Positions 39,661-51,714 of a stretch of 64,000 nt of DNA are shown in pieces. The notes beneath the pieces are model-generated. The model did not search any database. It was not told the origin of the DNA and saw only the letters and a list, made by a program, of their open reading frames with translations. The stretch comes from Felis catus. Its lineage: Eukaryota. Made by a program: the position numbers and the translations under genes. The stretch lies in the NCBI RefSeq assembly GCF_018350175.1, contig NC_058368.1, forward strand, positions 26,166,001 through 26,230,000, written 5' to 3'. Position 1 is the stretch's first letter. Each line of letters starts with the position of its first letter.

Positions 39661-40443
39661 AAATTGCTCGTAATCTCACCACTAAGTGATGACTGTCAAT
39701 ATTTTGGTCTAGTTTTTTAAAAATTTAATCTAAGTAAAGCATATAAATGTTCATTTAGTTGGGGTCACATCGTATATGCAATGTTGAATCCTGCTTTCTT
39801 TTTTTTTTTAAACTTTGTAAATGAACATTTCTCCATGTCATAAGAACATTTCTTTATAACCACCACACACACCTATTATAAAAAATAATGATTAAAGAGA
39901 TCAAGGAGAAGTCACAAAACTGAAGGGGAAAAAAGTAAACAATCTAAAACTTGGAGATGGAGGAATGATCGTTCTAATTACCAACTCGCAGATCCTAAAC
40001 GTTATGGAGGAGGATGTTCAAGGAAGGAATCAGAAACTGGTACAAAAGGAATGAAACAGCTTTGATAAATGTATAAAATAATGAAAAGATAGTTGTTAGC
40101 AAAGATGTAATATGTAATATTTAAATAACCAAGAAGACAATCGCTATTGTGCAGTATCAGATTACATTGGTAAGATTAATTAACATAGTTTTATTAAATA
40201 ATAAAAGGGAAATGCAGAGATTTTAAAAAGATGCCTAGAGAAAATATGCACAAAGGAGCTCTTTAATTGTAAGATATTACAGTATTCTTAACATGGCACT
40301 GCAGGTTCTGACATTAGATTCCATTTGTGAGCTTTAGTGAGGTGTTAGGAAAAGAGGTCAACAGTATGTTAAAGGCAGAACTGTCTAATTCCTCTCCACC
40401 CCTGCCAAAGATTATTCTCAAGGACACGAAAAAAATGTGGTAT

Positions 40444-40566
40444 GGGGCGCCTGGGTGGCTCAGTCGGTTAAGTGTCCGACTTCAGGTCATGATCTCATGG
40501 TCTGTGGGTTTGAGCCCCGAGTTGGGCTCTGTGCTGACAGCTCAGAGCCTGGAGCCCGCTTCAGAT

Positions 40567-40599
<33 letters not shown>

Positions 40600-40672
40600 G
40601 CTCCTCCCCCACTCATGCTCTGTCTATCCCCTTCTCTCAAAACCGAATAAGTATTAAAAAAAATATTTTTAA
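40444..40672 (+). mobile_element. CAN-SINE with (TCTG)n
   Basis: TSD aaaaaatgtggta. Confidence 0.93.
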
Positions 40673-41521
40673 GAAAAAATGTGGTAGTATTTGACCTCTA
40701 CCAAACTATTTTGTATTCACTGGAGATCGATCCCGATACCACCAGCCCCTCCCTTTGCTTCAGAGATCTCTCCTACTTCCCAATTACAACCAGGGGGTGG
40801 GCTAGAGCTGGGAAGACAGGGCCTTGGAGAAAATTGTGGCTTATTGCAAAGATGATGGGCTGTGGAGTCAGACATAAGTTGAATTCCGATCCAAGAGTTG
40901 TCACTTGCAACTCTGTCACCTAGACAAGGGACTCAGGGGTTCCCTTCCCCCTTTATACAGTGGAGATAATAAAATCTATTTCTTATAGGATGTTGAATAA
41001 AAGTTGGTTATTGTTAGTTCTACTTCATTTTTATTTATCCATATATTTCAGTTCTCCCCCCACACACATTTTTTTGACCATGGAATCGTAGCTCATTTCG
41101 ACAGCAATTCTGGTTTCTTGTTCATTTCATTTTTTATCATTAGTCCCCTGAACTTGTGCTATGATAAGCCAGAAAAATTCCTTTCATCCCAGTACTTGTC
41201 ATTTGATGTTTAACAAAGCTTATAGGTGGCACTCATAATATTCTTTAAACATTCATTAAACAAAAATTCCCTCAATAAATTTTTTATTGAGAGCCTAATA
41301 TGTGCTAAGCACTAAGCCACATGATATAGCTAAAAATTAATAAATCCAGCTGGATAAGAAAGTCAGAGAGACAATGTCTAAATATATTTAGAAAAAATGT
41401 CTAATAGAGGGGGCTAGTAAAAATTGGATTCTCGGTGTAATGTAAGTTAATGGCAATGTTGATTTAATTTCAGGAAACTTTCTGATAGGATAAGAATATG
41501 AATTAAGAAATTGGAAAGGTA

Positions 41522-41693
41522 GGGGCACCTGGGTGGGGAAGGGGCAGAGAGAGGGGGACTGAGAATCCAAAGATCTGAAGTGGGTTCTGCAGTGACAGAA
41601 GAGAGTCTGAGGTGAGGCTGGAACTCAATAACCGTGAGATCACAACCAGAGCCAAAGCCAGATGCTCAACCAACTGAGCCACCCAGGCGCCCC
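41522..41693. mobile_element. Chimeric SINE: + strand head fused to - strand body
   Basis: GGGGCACCTGGGTGG at 41522-41536 and CCACCCAGGCGCCCC at 41679-41693. Confidence 0.85.
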
Positions 41694-42245
41694 ATTAAAA
41701 AACTAAAAATAGAATTACCATATAATCCAGCTATCTCACTTGTATGTGTATGTCCAAAAGAATTCAGAGGATCTTAAAGAGATATTTACATACCCATGGT
41801 TCATTGCAGCACTATTCACAATAGTCAAGAGGAGGGAGCAACACAAATACCCATCAACAGATGAGAGAATTAAGAAAATGTGGAATATACCTACAGGGAA
41901 ATATTACTCAGCCTTAAAAAAGAAAAAGGAGGGAAATCTTGTCACACACTACAACATGGATGAACCAGGAGGATGTTATGCTAAGTGAGTCAGAAAAGAA
42001 TACTGTAAGATTCCACACATAGGAAATGTCTAAAGTAGTCAAAATCATAAAAACAGAGAATAGCAAGGTGGTTACTAAGAGCTGGGAGAAATTGGGTAGC
42101 AGAATTAGTGTTTGGTGGGTATAGAGTTTCAGTTTTGTAAGATGAAAATGTTCTAGAGATCTATGGCACAACAGTATGAAAATACTTAACACCACTGAAA
42201 CATACCCTTAAAAATGGTTAAGATGGCAAATTTAAGGCTATGTGT
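41694..42245 (+). mobile_element. L1MB-type 3' fragment
   Basis: atagaattaccatataatccagc...ORF2 C-terminal relic...aaaatggttaagatggcaaattt. Confidence 0.8.
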
Positions 42246-42284
42246 TATATGTAAGTGATGAATCACTAAATTCTACTCTTGAAA

Positions 42285-42507
42285 ACATTATTTAAAAAAA
42301 TGTTTAATGTTTATTCATTTTTGAGAGAGAGAGAGAGAGCATGACCTGGGGGAGGGGAAGAGAGTGAGGGAGACACAGAATGTGAAACAGGCTCCAGGCT
42401 CCAGATTCTCAGCACAGTGCCCAATGCAGAGCCTGAACCCACAAACTGCAAAATCATGACCTGAGCCAAAGTTGGACGCCCAGCTGACTGAGCCACCCAG
42501 GTGCCCC
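42285..42507 (-). mobile_element. CAN-SINE
   Basis: TSD tctactcttgaaa. Confidence 0.93.
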
Positions 42508-42552
42508 TCTACTCTTGAAATAATTATTACATTCTATGCTAACTAACTTGAA

Positions 42553-42751
42553 ATTTTTTAAGTTTACTTTTTAAGAGAGAGAGCAAGCAAGCAGGGGAGG
42601 GGCAGGGTAGAGGGAGAGGGAGAATTGCAAGCAGGCTCTGTACTGCCAGCACAGAGCCCTATGTGGGGCTTGAACCCACAAACTGTGAGATCATGACCCA
42701 AGACGAAATTAAGAGTCAGATGTCCAACCAACTGAGCCACCCAGGAGCCCC
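42553..42751 (-). mobile_element. CAN-SINE
   Basis: TSD tgYtaactaacttgaa. Confidence 0.92.
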
Positions 42752-43031
42752 ATATGTGTTAACTAACTTGAATTTAAATAAAATTTAAGAATTAAAAATA
42801 ATTTAGGAAAATTTCTACCAGCAATATAACTGGAAAAGAGAAATGAATTCATACATAATAATAAGAAAACTTTTATAGAAAGTTTGGGCAAAACTTGTAC
42901 AGAAACAGTAAACAGATTAATCCATTCACAGAACATGAATTAGTGACTCAAATTTTTTGGAAAAAAAAAAAACCAAAAAACTTCAACCTCACAGATAGTC
43001 TAAGAAATGCAAATTTAAATAAAGACATGCC

Positions 43032-43225
43032 TATTTATTTATTAAAAGTTTATTTATTTATTTGAGAGAGAGAGGCAGAGAGAAAAGGAGAGAGAGAATC
43101 CCAAGTAAGCTCCATGCTGCCAGAGAAGAGCCCAGCAAGGGGCTCGATCCCACAAACCATGAGATCATGACCTGAGCCAAAACCAAGAGTCTGATGCTTA
43201 ACTAACTGGGCTACCCAGGAGCCCC
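43032..43225 (-). mobile_element. CAN-SINE
   Basis: TSD aagaSatgcct. Confidence 0.9.
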
Positions 43226-43358
43226 AAGAGATGCCTTTTAAAAAGAAATCTTTGAAATTAACAATGTTTTTTAAAAGACTACAATTCCGTTTGGCAAGAC
43301 AGGCCCTCGTGCCCTGCCGGTGAGAATATAAGACGATTTACACTTTTTTATATTAATT

Positions 43359-44104
43359 GTGTATTGCTTGTAGTAACAAGTTACTGTAATACTTAGCAGC
43401 TCAAAGCAATAAACATCTATCATTTCACATTTTCTGTGGATCAGGGACCTAGGGACTGCTTAACCTGCTGCTTAGGAAGGGCAGTCCGTAGCTGGACGTG
43501 GTCACTGCCAGCTCAACTCGGGCAGGAAAAACTACTTTTACTCTCACTCTTGAGATTGTTGGGCAGGATCAGTGGGTCATGCCTATTGGCCAACAACCTC
43601 AGTTCCTGGCCATGTGGACTTCTCCATAGGCTGCCAGTCTGTCCCCACAATATGGCAGCTGGGTTCTCTCAGGGCTAGTGACCCTAGAGGAAGAGTGACC
43701 AAGGCAAGCTGTAGTTTCTTTTATTATTTTTTTATTAAAAAATTTTTGTGTAATGTTTATTTTTGAGAGAGAAATAGAGAGCGAGCAAGCAGGGGAGGGG
43801 CAGAGAGAGGGGGACACAGAATCTGAAGCAGGCTCCAAACTCTGAGCTGTCAGCACAGAGTCTGATGGGGGGGCTCCATGAGATCATGACCAGAACCCAA
43901 CTCAGATGCTTAACTGACTGAGCCACCCAGGCACCCTTCTATAGTTTCTTTTATAACCTAACCTTGCAGGTGACCTGTCATTGCTCTGCTGTATTCTTTT
44001 GGTCACACAGACCAATCTTGGTAAATGTGGATAAGGACTACATAAAGGTAGGAAGACCAGGAGGCAGGGATCATTGGGGGCCTTCTTGAAGGCTAGGTGT
44101 CACA
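43359..44104 (-). mobile_element. MLT1-type LTR split by a SINE
   Basis: tttctgtggatcagg...ggaggcagggatcattgggggcc. Confidence 0.7.
43724..43936 (-). mobile_element. CAN-SINE
   Basis: TSD ctRtagtttctttta. Confidence 0.92.
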
Positions 44105-44949
44105 TTTCTTTAATTTGTCAATATTTAAGAGTTTATACCTTTAATCCAATGATATTAGGTAATTACATTTCTAGCAATGTATTCTAAGAAAGGAATCATG
44201 TATGTGGCCAAATAATATGCCTAAGCGTGTATACCATTTTTATAATAGTATGATATGGAAATGACTTAAATATGTAATAATCAAGAATGTATTTATCAAA
44301 TAAATGATAATACTATATGATGGATTATGTATCCATCAAAAGTGGTGATTTTGAAGAATTTTTCATATCATGGGGAAATTATAATATGCTTATTTTTCAA
44401 AAGCAGGGCATAAACATTTATATATAATATGACAATTATGTGAAAATTATAATAATTATGTTTAAAAGATGATTAGGCATATTCTAATACAGTGAGAAGA
44501 TAGAACAAAATATATATGCTATTCCTGGCCTCCCCTCTCCCCCAGAAAAGCTAAACCTGGATCTAATTATGAAGGAATAATCAAACAAGTCTAACTTTGG
44601 GGATGTAGTGAAAAATGACTGGTCTGCCTGCAATCTTCAAAAATGTCAGTGTCAAAAAAAAAAAAAAAAAAAAAAGGAAAGAAAAAGGCCAGGGAATTGT
44701 TTCAGATTAAAGGAGGGTGCAATGAATTTTTCTCAATTGACTTGGATTATTATTATTATTATTTTTAGTTTTATAACATTAATGGGACAATAACTGGGAA
44801 AATTTGAATGTGGGCTTTATATTAGATAATAGCAGTGTCAACATTAAATTTCCTGAGCATGATCATAGTGTTATCATTACAGGGAAAAATGATGTTGTAC
44901 TTAAGAGATGCATGTTGAAGTCTTTAGGGTTGACGTGTCATGTAACTTT

Positions 44950-44951
<2 letters not shown>

Positions 44952-44990
<39 letters not shown>

Positions 44991-45006
44991 GAGAGAGAGA
45001 GAGAGA
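44952..45006 (+). repeat. (TG)n-(GA)n compound microsatellite
   Basis: Direct reading. Confidence 0.93.
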
Positions 45007-45381
45007 TAATGAGTTATTCTAAGAAAAAGTAAATGTGGCAAGATGTTTACGATTGGTAAATCTATGTGGAGTATAAGGTGTTTATCTTACTATTCTTGCA
45101 ACTTTTCAAATAGTTTGAAAGTTGAAAAAAATAATATTTAAAAGTTAAATGCAACATTAGAAAGGATTGAGGTAGTAAGAGAGGCTTTATTTTATTCTAA
45201 AATTAACATAAAATTTTATACTTGTCTGTAGTTCTCTATAGTCAGTATTTTAATATGCTGAGCCTATTATTTTTACAATTGGCAGATAATAAAAGTTGTA
45301 TAAAAAGGATTTTTTACTTAAGTTTTTGTATGTGATTCTTTAATTCTTTAAATGGCTTTATTTAATATTGTATATAACAAA

Positions 45382-45601
45382 TTAAAAAAAAATTTTTAAT
45401 GTTTATTTATTTCTGAGACAAAGAGAGACAGAGCATGAGAGGGGGAGGGGCAGAGAGAGAGGGAGACACAGAATCAGAAGCAGACTCCAGGCTCTGAGCT
45501 GTCAGCACAGAGCCCTACATGGGGCTCCAACTCACAAACTGTGAGATCATGACCTGAGCCGAAGTCCGTTGCTCAACCGACTGAGCCACCCAGGCACCCC
45601 C
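45382..45601 (-). mobile_element. CAN-SINE
   Basis: Full body and head. Confidence 0.92.
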
Positions 45602-45933
45602 AGAAATATTACCTTGAAACTGAAATGAGATGATTTCAGTTTGGAGACAACATACAGAACAACCATATTTGCTGGTTGTAAAAGACGTAGGTTAACAGCA
45701 GGGATGACCCTTAATGCATCATGCTTATGATATAAAATGTCCAAGAAAAGGCAAAAATATAGACACAGAAAGTAGAGTAGTGGTGCTTAGGGTTGAAAGT
45801 GAGAATGATGAGTGACTGTAAATGGGAATGAAATTTCTTCTTGGGGTGATGGAAATGTCCTAGTGGTAATTAATGGTTGTACAACCTTGTAAATATACTA
45901 AAACTCATTGAATTCCACACTTAAAACAGGTGA

Positions 45934-46157
45934 GGGGCACCTGGGTGGTGCAGTGGGTTGACCATCCAACTCTTGATTATGTTTCAAGTCATGATCCTGG
46001 GGTCATGGGATCGAGCCCCACATTGGGCTCCTCGCTGAGCTTGGAGCCTGTTTGTGATTTTCTCTCTCTTGCCCTCTGTCCTGCCTCCACTTGCATGCAT
46101 GTGTGCGTGTGTGTGCATACTCTCTCTCAAATAATAAAAAAAATGTTAAAAAATGTT
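45934..46157 (+). mobile_element. CAN-SINE inside an old L1 3' UTR (~45720-46200)
   Basis: TSD aaaacaggtga. Confidence 0.9.
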
Positions 46158-46217
46158 AAAAACAGGTGAATTTATGGTATATGAATGATAGCTCAGTTGT
46201 TTAAAAGATACAGTTTA

Positions 46218-46433
46218 TTTATTTATTTTTAATGTTTATTTATTTTTGAGAGACAGAGAGAGACAAAGTGTGAGCAGGGGAGGGGCAGAGAGAGAGAAAG
46301 ACACAGAATCTGAGGAGGCTCCAGGCTCCGAGCTGTCAGCACAGAGCCCAACGCGGGGCTCGAACTCACAAGCGGTGAGATCATGACCTGAGCCGCAGTC
46401 AGACGCTTAACCAACTGAGCCACCCAGGCGCCC
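46218..46433 (-). mobile_element. CAN-SINE
   Basis: Full body and head. Confidence 0.93.
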
Positions 46434-46889
46434 TAAAAAGATATATTTTAAAAGACTTTAGCCAGATGAAACACAATCTCAATTTGAAGAGACATCAAAG
46501 GTATGAGAAGTTTACTAGAATTACCTGAGAAATAGCCAATAGAATTTTAACTGTTTCTATCCTTAGATTTTCCTTGTTTTTATCAAGAGACACATCATTA
46601 GTTCAAACTTCCTGGAGGCATTTAGATGGAGAGAAACATCTGATTTACTGACTAATTCTCTAAAGCATACTTTTATAAATTTAAAGTTCACACAACGGCT
46701 AGAGTCAAGCTAGTTGTGGATCATAGATGACCTATTGCTTAATTAATGGATTGAGATGCTTTGTAATTACAATTTAAATTTTTCATTCTTCCAGCAATTG
46801 ATTACTTAGTGTTTACTATGACCGGTTTTAGAGGCAACTGCCAACATATAATTGTATGTATAGAAGTGATGGTGAAGGTAAATATTTTA

Positions 46890-46963
46890 TTTTTTTAATG
46901 TTCATTTTTGAGAGAGAGAGGGGGGAAGAGAAAGAGAGAGATATTACGAATGGGGGATGGGCA
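46890..46963 (-). mobile_element. 5'-truncated SINE (tail only)
   Basis: Perfect TSD aaggtaaatatttta at 46875-46889 and 46964-46978. Confidence 0.8.
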
Positions 46964-47196
46964 AAGGTAAATATTTTAAAATACTCTGTGGACTCAGGTT
47001 TATATGCTTAATTTCTAAGCATATCCTTCTTCTTTTTTTTTTTTAATAGGTAATACCAATGTAAATTTGCTCTCAGTCCATGAATCATGATGAATGCAGT
47101 ATGAATGACCGAGATTTCACTGTGTTCACAAAAGTGTTACTGAGGTTATTCTTGGTAAATCTAAATGACTCTATAAAATATTAGTTAAAATATTTG

Positions 47197-48003
47197 CACA
47201 ATGAGATATCAGCTCCCATTAGTCAGAATGGCTAGAATCAAAAAGGCTAGAAATAACAAGTGTTGGTGAGGATGTGGAGCAAAGGTAAGCCTTGTGCACT
47301 GTTGGTGGAAATGTAAATTAGTGCAGCCGCTATGGAGAACAGTATACAGGTTCCTCAACAATAAAACAATAAAAATAGAAATACCATACAACCCAGTAAT
47401 TCCATTTTTGGGGTATTTATCCAAAGAAAACAAAAACACTAATTTGAAAGCATAGATGCACTCCTATATTTATTGCAGTATTATTACAATAAACAAGATA
47501 CGGAAGTAACCTAAGTGTCCATTGGTAGATGAATGGATAAAGAAGTTATGGTGTATATACACCCATGGAATAGTACTCAGCCTTATAAAAAACGAGATCT
47601 TGCCATTCAGTGGGAATTATGCTAAGTGAAATAAGTCAGAGAAAGACAATACCATATGATTTCACTTATATGTGGAATCTAAAGAAGAAAATAAATGAAC
47701 AACAACAAAAAAAGAAACAGACTCATAAATAGAGAGAACAGATTGGTGATTGCCAGAGGAGAGAGAGGTAGAGGGAGGGGATAGGTGAAATAGGAAGGGG
47801 ATTAAGAACTATAAACATCCAGTTATAACATAAATAAGTCATGGGGATGAAAGGTACAGCATAGGGATGTAATAACTTTATATGGTGACTGAGAGTAACT
47901 ACATTTATCACAGTGAGCATTTTGTAACATATATAATTGTTGAATCACTATATGGTACACCTGAAGCTAACATAATATTATATGTTAACTAGACTTCAAA
48001 TAA
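47197..48003 (+). mobile_element. 5'-truncated older L1
   Basis: ORF2 C-terminal relic plus 3' UTR; TSD aaaatatttg at 47187-47196 and 48004-48013. Confidence 0.9.
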
Positions 48004-48129
48004 AAAATATTTGACCAGAATTAGAAAATTATATGCTAATTCCAATTGTGCCAATTGGTTCTGAAGCACGGTAATAACTGGAAGCTTCTGCTAAGTCCTC
48101 TGGGAGCTGCCTCTTACTCAACCACTTAC

Positions 48130-48528
48130 TAATTCCATACGGGCCTTGAGTGGCTTTGCATAAATGTGATAGGACAATGCCCTCCCTGACCCACTGGCAT
48201 GGAGCACCATTAGAACAGGCTCTGTACGCATGCCTGTATAAAAATTCGGTGGTGGGCAGTGGATGTGATGTTCCACAGAACCACACTTGACCAATGGAGA
48301 ATGGAAATTGGTAGATAAATGTGAACCTTTTTTGTCTCCTCGAAAGCATGCTTAAGCCTCCTCCATGAGAACCAACTCAATGATACATCCTCGTCTTGGT
48401 TTTTCTTCTTTCCCTGTTTTACTCCCTTTCCCCCCAGCTGATATACCTGCCTCCTGGCCCTATTTTTTCAAATAAACTAACTGCATGCAAGCCTTGTCTC
48501 ACATTTGGGAGGTACTCAGCCTAAGACA
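48130..48528 (+). mobile_element. LTR16-like ERVL LTR
   Basis: aaataaactaactgcatgcaagccttgtctca...cctaagaca end. Confidence 0.55.
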
Positions 48529-48960
48529 TACAGGATATTTGATATATGCAATTTATAGTACTTGTTAGTAAATTCTTGCTGAATAATTGACAATGTTGTA
48601 CCAATAGATTTGTATTTTTCACTTGAATTGCGTCATTTGAGTAGTAGGGATTTTATAGAAAATGAACCCCTAATTCATTTTAGGAATTAATAGCAATACG
48701 AAATGATTCCCTAATGTACATTTGATGGCAGAGTCTTCAATGTAAGTTCTGGTTGTATCTGTCATTTAACTTGTATATCAGGGTCACTGTCATTAGGAAA
48801 CTAGCTTACGCCTCAGAAGAAGACAGTAATCATATAAAATGATGTTCAGGAGTCCAGGTTCTATATGTTTGGGGTTCCTTTTTGTTTGAAGAAGGCGTGC
48901 CAGCTTCCACCCCCCTGCCGATTAAATAAAAATAAAGAGGCCAAGTCAGAGACAGAAGTG

Positions 48961-49076
48961 GTTTGTTTGTTTGTTTGTTTGTTTATTAAAATCTGTGTAC
49001 CCAAAGTGGGGGTCAGACTCAAAACCTATATATCAAGAGTCCCATGCTTTGTTGACTGAGCCAGCCAGATGCCCCC
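48961..49076 (-). mobile_element. Short CAN-SINE with (GTTT)n tail
   Basis: Flanks cagaagt. Confidence 0.8.
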
Positions 49077-49410
49077 AGAAGTTAAATGCAAAGGGGTTTG
49101 GTTAAGAGTGGGTCCGCCTAATCTTCCAGAGACTTCTAGTTGCTCTTCAATCTACCACAGGCACCTGAGAGTTCTATATTAATTTTAAATTCTATCCCCA
49201 TGCAGACTTTCTGAGCATTACTTCAGTACCCCTGAGTACTTGCTCCATTACTGACCCTATTATTCTTTGATGACCTGATTATTGCACATTTCTGTTGGTT
49301 GTATAATATTGTCTACTGAGCTATGATTATAATCATTCTAGAATGTTCTGTTACAAGGTCTGTAGGCAAAAGTGGAGTTTTCAGTTCCACATTAAAAATG
49401 GGCTACAATT

Positions 49411-49625
49411 GGGGCCCCTGGGTGGGTCAGTCTGTTAAGCGCCTGACTTCAGCTCAGATCATGATCTCACAGCTTGAGTTTGAGCCCCGGGTCACGCTCT
49501 CTCCTGAAAGCTCAGAGCCTGGAACCTGCTTCAGATTCTGTGTCTCCCTCTCTCTCAACCCCACCCCTGCTCACACTCTGTCTCTCTCTCCTTCAAAAAT
49601 AAATAAACATTAAAAAAAAAAAAAA
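49411..49625 (+). mobile_element. CAN-SINE
   Basis: TSD gggctacaatt. Confidence 0.93.
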
Positions 49626-49638
49626 GGGCTACAATTTA

Positions 49639-49752
49639 GGGGCATTGAGGTGGGTCAGCCAGTTAAGCGTCCAACTCTTGATTTTGCATCAGGTCTTGAT
49701 CTCACAGTTTGTGAGTTTGAGCCCTGCACTGCTAGTGCAGAGCCTCCTTGGG

Positions 49753-49793
<41 letters not shown>

Positions 49794-49855
49794 TGCTCTC
49801 GCTCAAAATAAATAAATAAACTTAAAAAAAAAACTTTAAAAATAAGTAAAAAATT
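49639..49855 (+). mobile_element. CAN-SINE with long (CT)n
   Basis: TSD gctacaattta. Confidence 0.9.
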
Positions 49856-50401
49856 AAAATGAGCTACAATTTAGACAAGTCCTTAACAAATGTTTGTGGG
49901 CAGAGAGACCTCATTGAAACAACAGCAGTCAATTCCTCATTATCTTTGCTATTAGAAGAAAGTAATGGAATTCTTCCAAAATGGTGGATAAAGTATAATA
50001 CTATAATGGATTTCCTCCCCTACCCCCCCAAAGGATTTGCCTGCCTAAACTTTTTTTTTTTTTTTTTTTTTTGGTCTAGACCAAATTCTCAATGATTTTG
50101 CATCCCTTGTGCACACATTGTAGCTTGGGGATGGGGACCTGACTGGTGTTGACTGAGAGGTTCAAGATGGTCTCAGAATGCAAACTGCCCTTGGGAAATT
50201 CACATGCAGATAATGAAGTGGTGGCTGTACCTAAAATATTGATCAAAATGCAATTTAATCTGTGCAATAGGCTTCAGGCTCTGCCTTCTGACTCTGGAAC
50301 AGCCACAGCAAAGTCAATCAAATGAGCGCCTTTCCTGAAGAGGATAAGCAAGTTTAAGCTTTTAAAGTGTTCCCTGGTTTCCTTGTTGAAAACGGAGCTC
50401 A

Positions 50402-50500
50402 AGGCACCTCAGTTGGAAGAGCATGTGACTTTTGATGTCGGGGTTTTGAGTTCAAGCCCCACGTTGGGTGCAGAGATGACTTAAATAAGTAAAATAAAAT
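50402..50500 (+). mobile_element. Short CAN-SINE
   Basis: ctcagttggaagagcatgtgact...gagttcaagccccacgttggg. Confidence 0.75.
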
Positions 50501-50621
50501 CTTTTTAAAAAATGTTTTAAAACTTTTAAAAAATGTTTTAAAAACTTTTTAAAAAGTTCATGTTTTTAAAAACTTTGTTTTAGTGCTTTAAAGGTAGAGC
50601 TAATAACTAATTATTGTTATT

Positions 50622-51053
50622 TTTATTTTTTTTCCCTCTAGGATTTTATTTAAATTGAAGTTAGTTAACATATAGTGTAATATTGATTTAAGGAGTAGAA
50701 CTTAGTGATTCACCGCTTACACATAACACTCAGTGTTCATCCCAGCAAGTGCCCTCCTTAATGTCCATCACCCATTTAGCTCATCCCCCAACCACCTCCA
50801 CTCCAGCAACCTTTCGTTTGTTCTCTATAGTTAAGGATCTCTTCTGTTTGCCCCCCTCTATGTTTTTATCTTATTTTTTCCTTCTCTTCCCCTATGTTCG
50901 TCTGTTTTGTTTCCTAAATTCCACATATGAGTGAAATCATACGCTATGGAATATTACCCAGCCGTCAAAAAGAATGAAATCTTGTCATTTGCAACAGTGT
51001 GGATGGAACTGGGGTGTATTATGCTAAGCAAAATAAGTTGGTCAGAGAAAGAC
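50622..51053 (-). mobile_element. Short L1 with 5' inversion (twin priming)
   Basis: Minus 3' UTR at 50622-50943 joined to plus-strand upstream L1 segment at 50944-51053; TSD aattaYtgttatt. Confidence 0.9.
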
Positions 51054-51595
51054 AATTACTGTTATTGGTTTTTAAAAATAAAACCTAGTTTTTAGTCTTT
51101 CTCCTTAGGAATATTCCATCTGCCCCTGTAAGGATAATAGGCTGCCATGGAATAAAATTGGTGAATGTTAAATACACAGGGACACATTTTATTCTATGCA
51201 GGGTTGTTTGCGGTCATAAAGATTTATCAGGGAACAAACAGCCTCAAAGAATCTTTTAGTGTGTTGTTACTATCCTCTCCCGGCTACGTTTGGTGTATTT
51301 TCCTGGTCATCTTATTAATATTGTTAGATTTAGAATACAGAGACTTTTCTACCTCCAAGTGTCTGCCCTTAAAAAAACAAACAAAAGCAAAAACCCAGCA
51401 ACAAAAAATTAAGACAACTAATAAAACTCATACACTTACTTAGAATCAATTATCATACCAAGGAGCCATAATTGCAGTTTTTTACATCTGTTCTGGGCAC
51501 TATCGGATGCTCACTTCCCAGCAGATGTATGCAACAGTGAGGCGTCATAGTTTCTAACCTATAATGCTGCTATTATTTCATGTTGAAATTACTCT

Positions 51596-51714
51596 CTTTT
51601 TTAAAAAGATTTATTTAATCACTTAAGTAATCTCTAGACCCAACATGGGGCACAAACTCACAACCCTGAGGTCAAGAGGCGCATGCTCTACCAACTGAGC
51701 CAGCCAGGTGCCCC
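51596..51714 (-). mobile_element. Short CAN-SINE
   Basis: TSD gaaattaYtctc. Confidence 0.85.

Larger units (their letters stand above)
42243..42800 (+). mobile_element. Very short carnivore L1 tail split by two SINEs
   Basis: tgttatatgtaagtgatgaatcactaaa...taactaacttgaatttaaa, matching 9163-9240. Confidence 0.8.
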
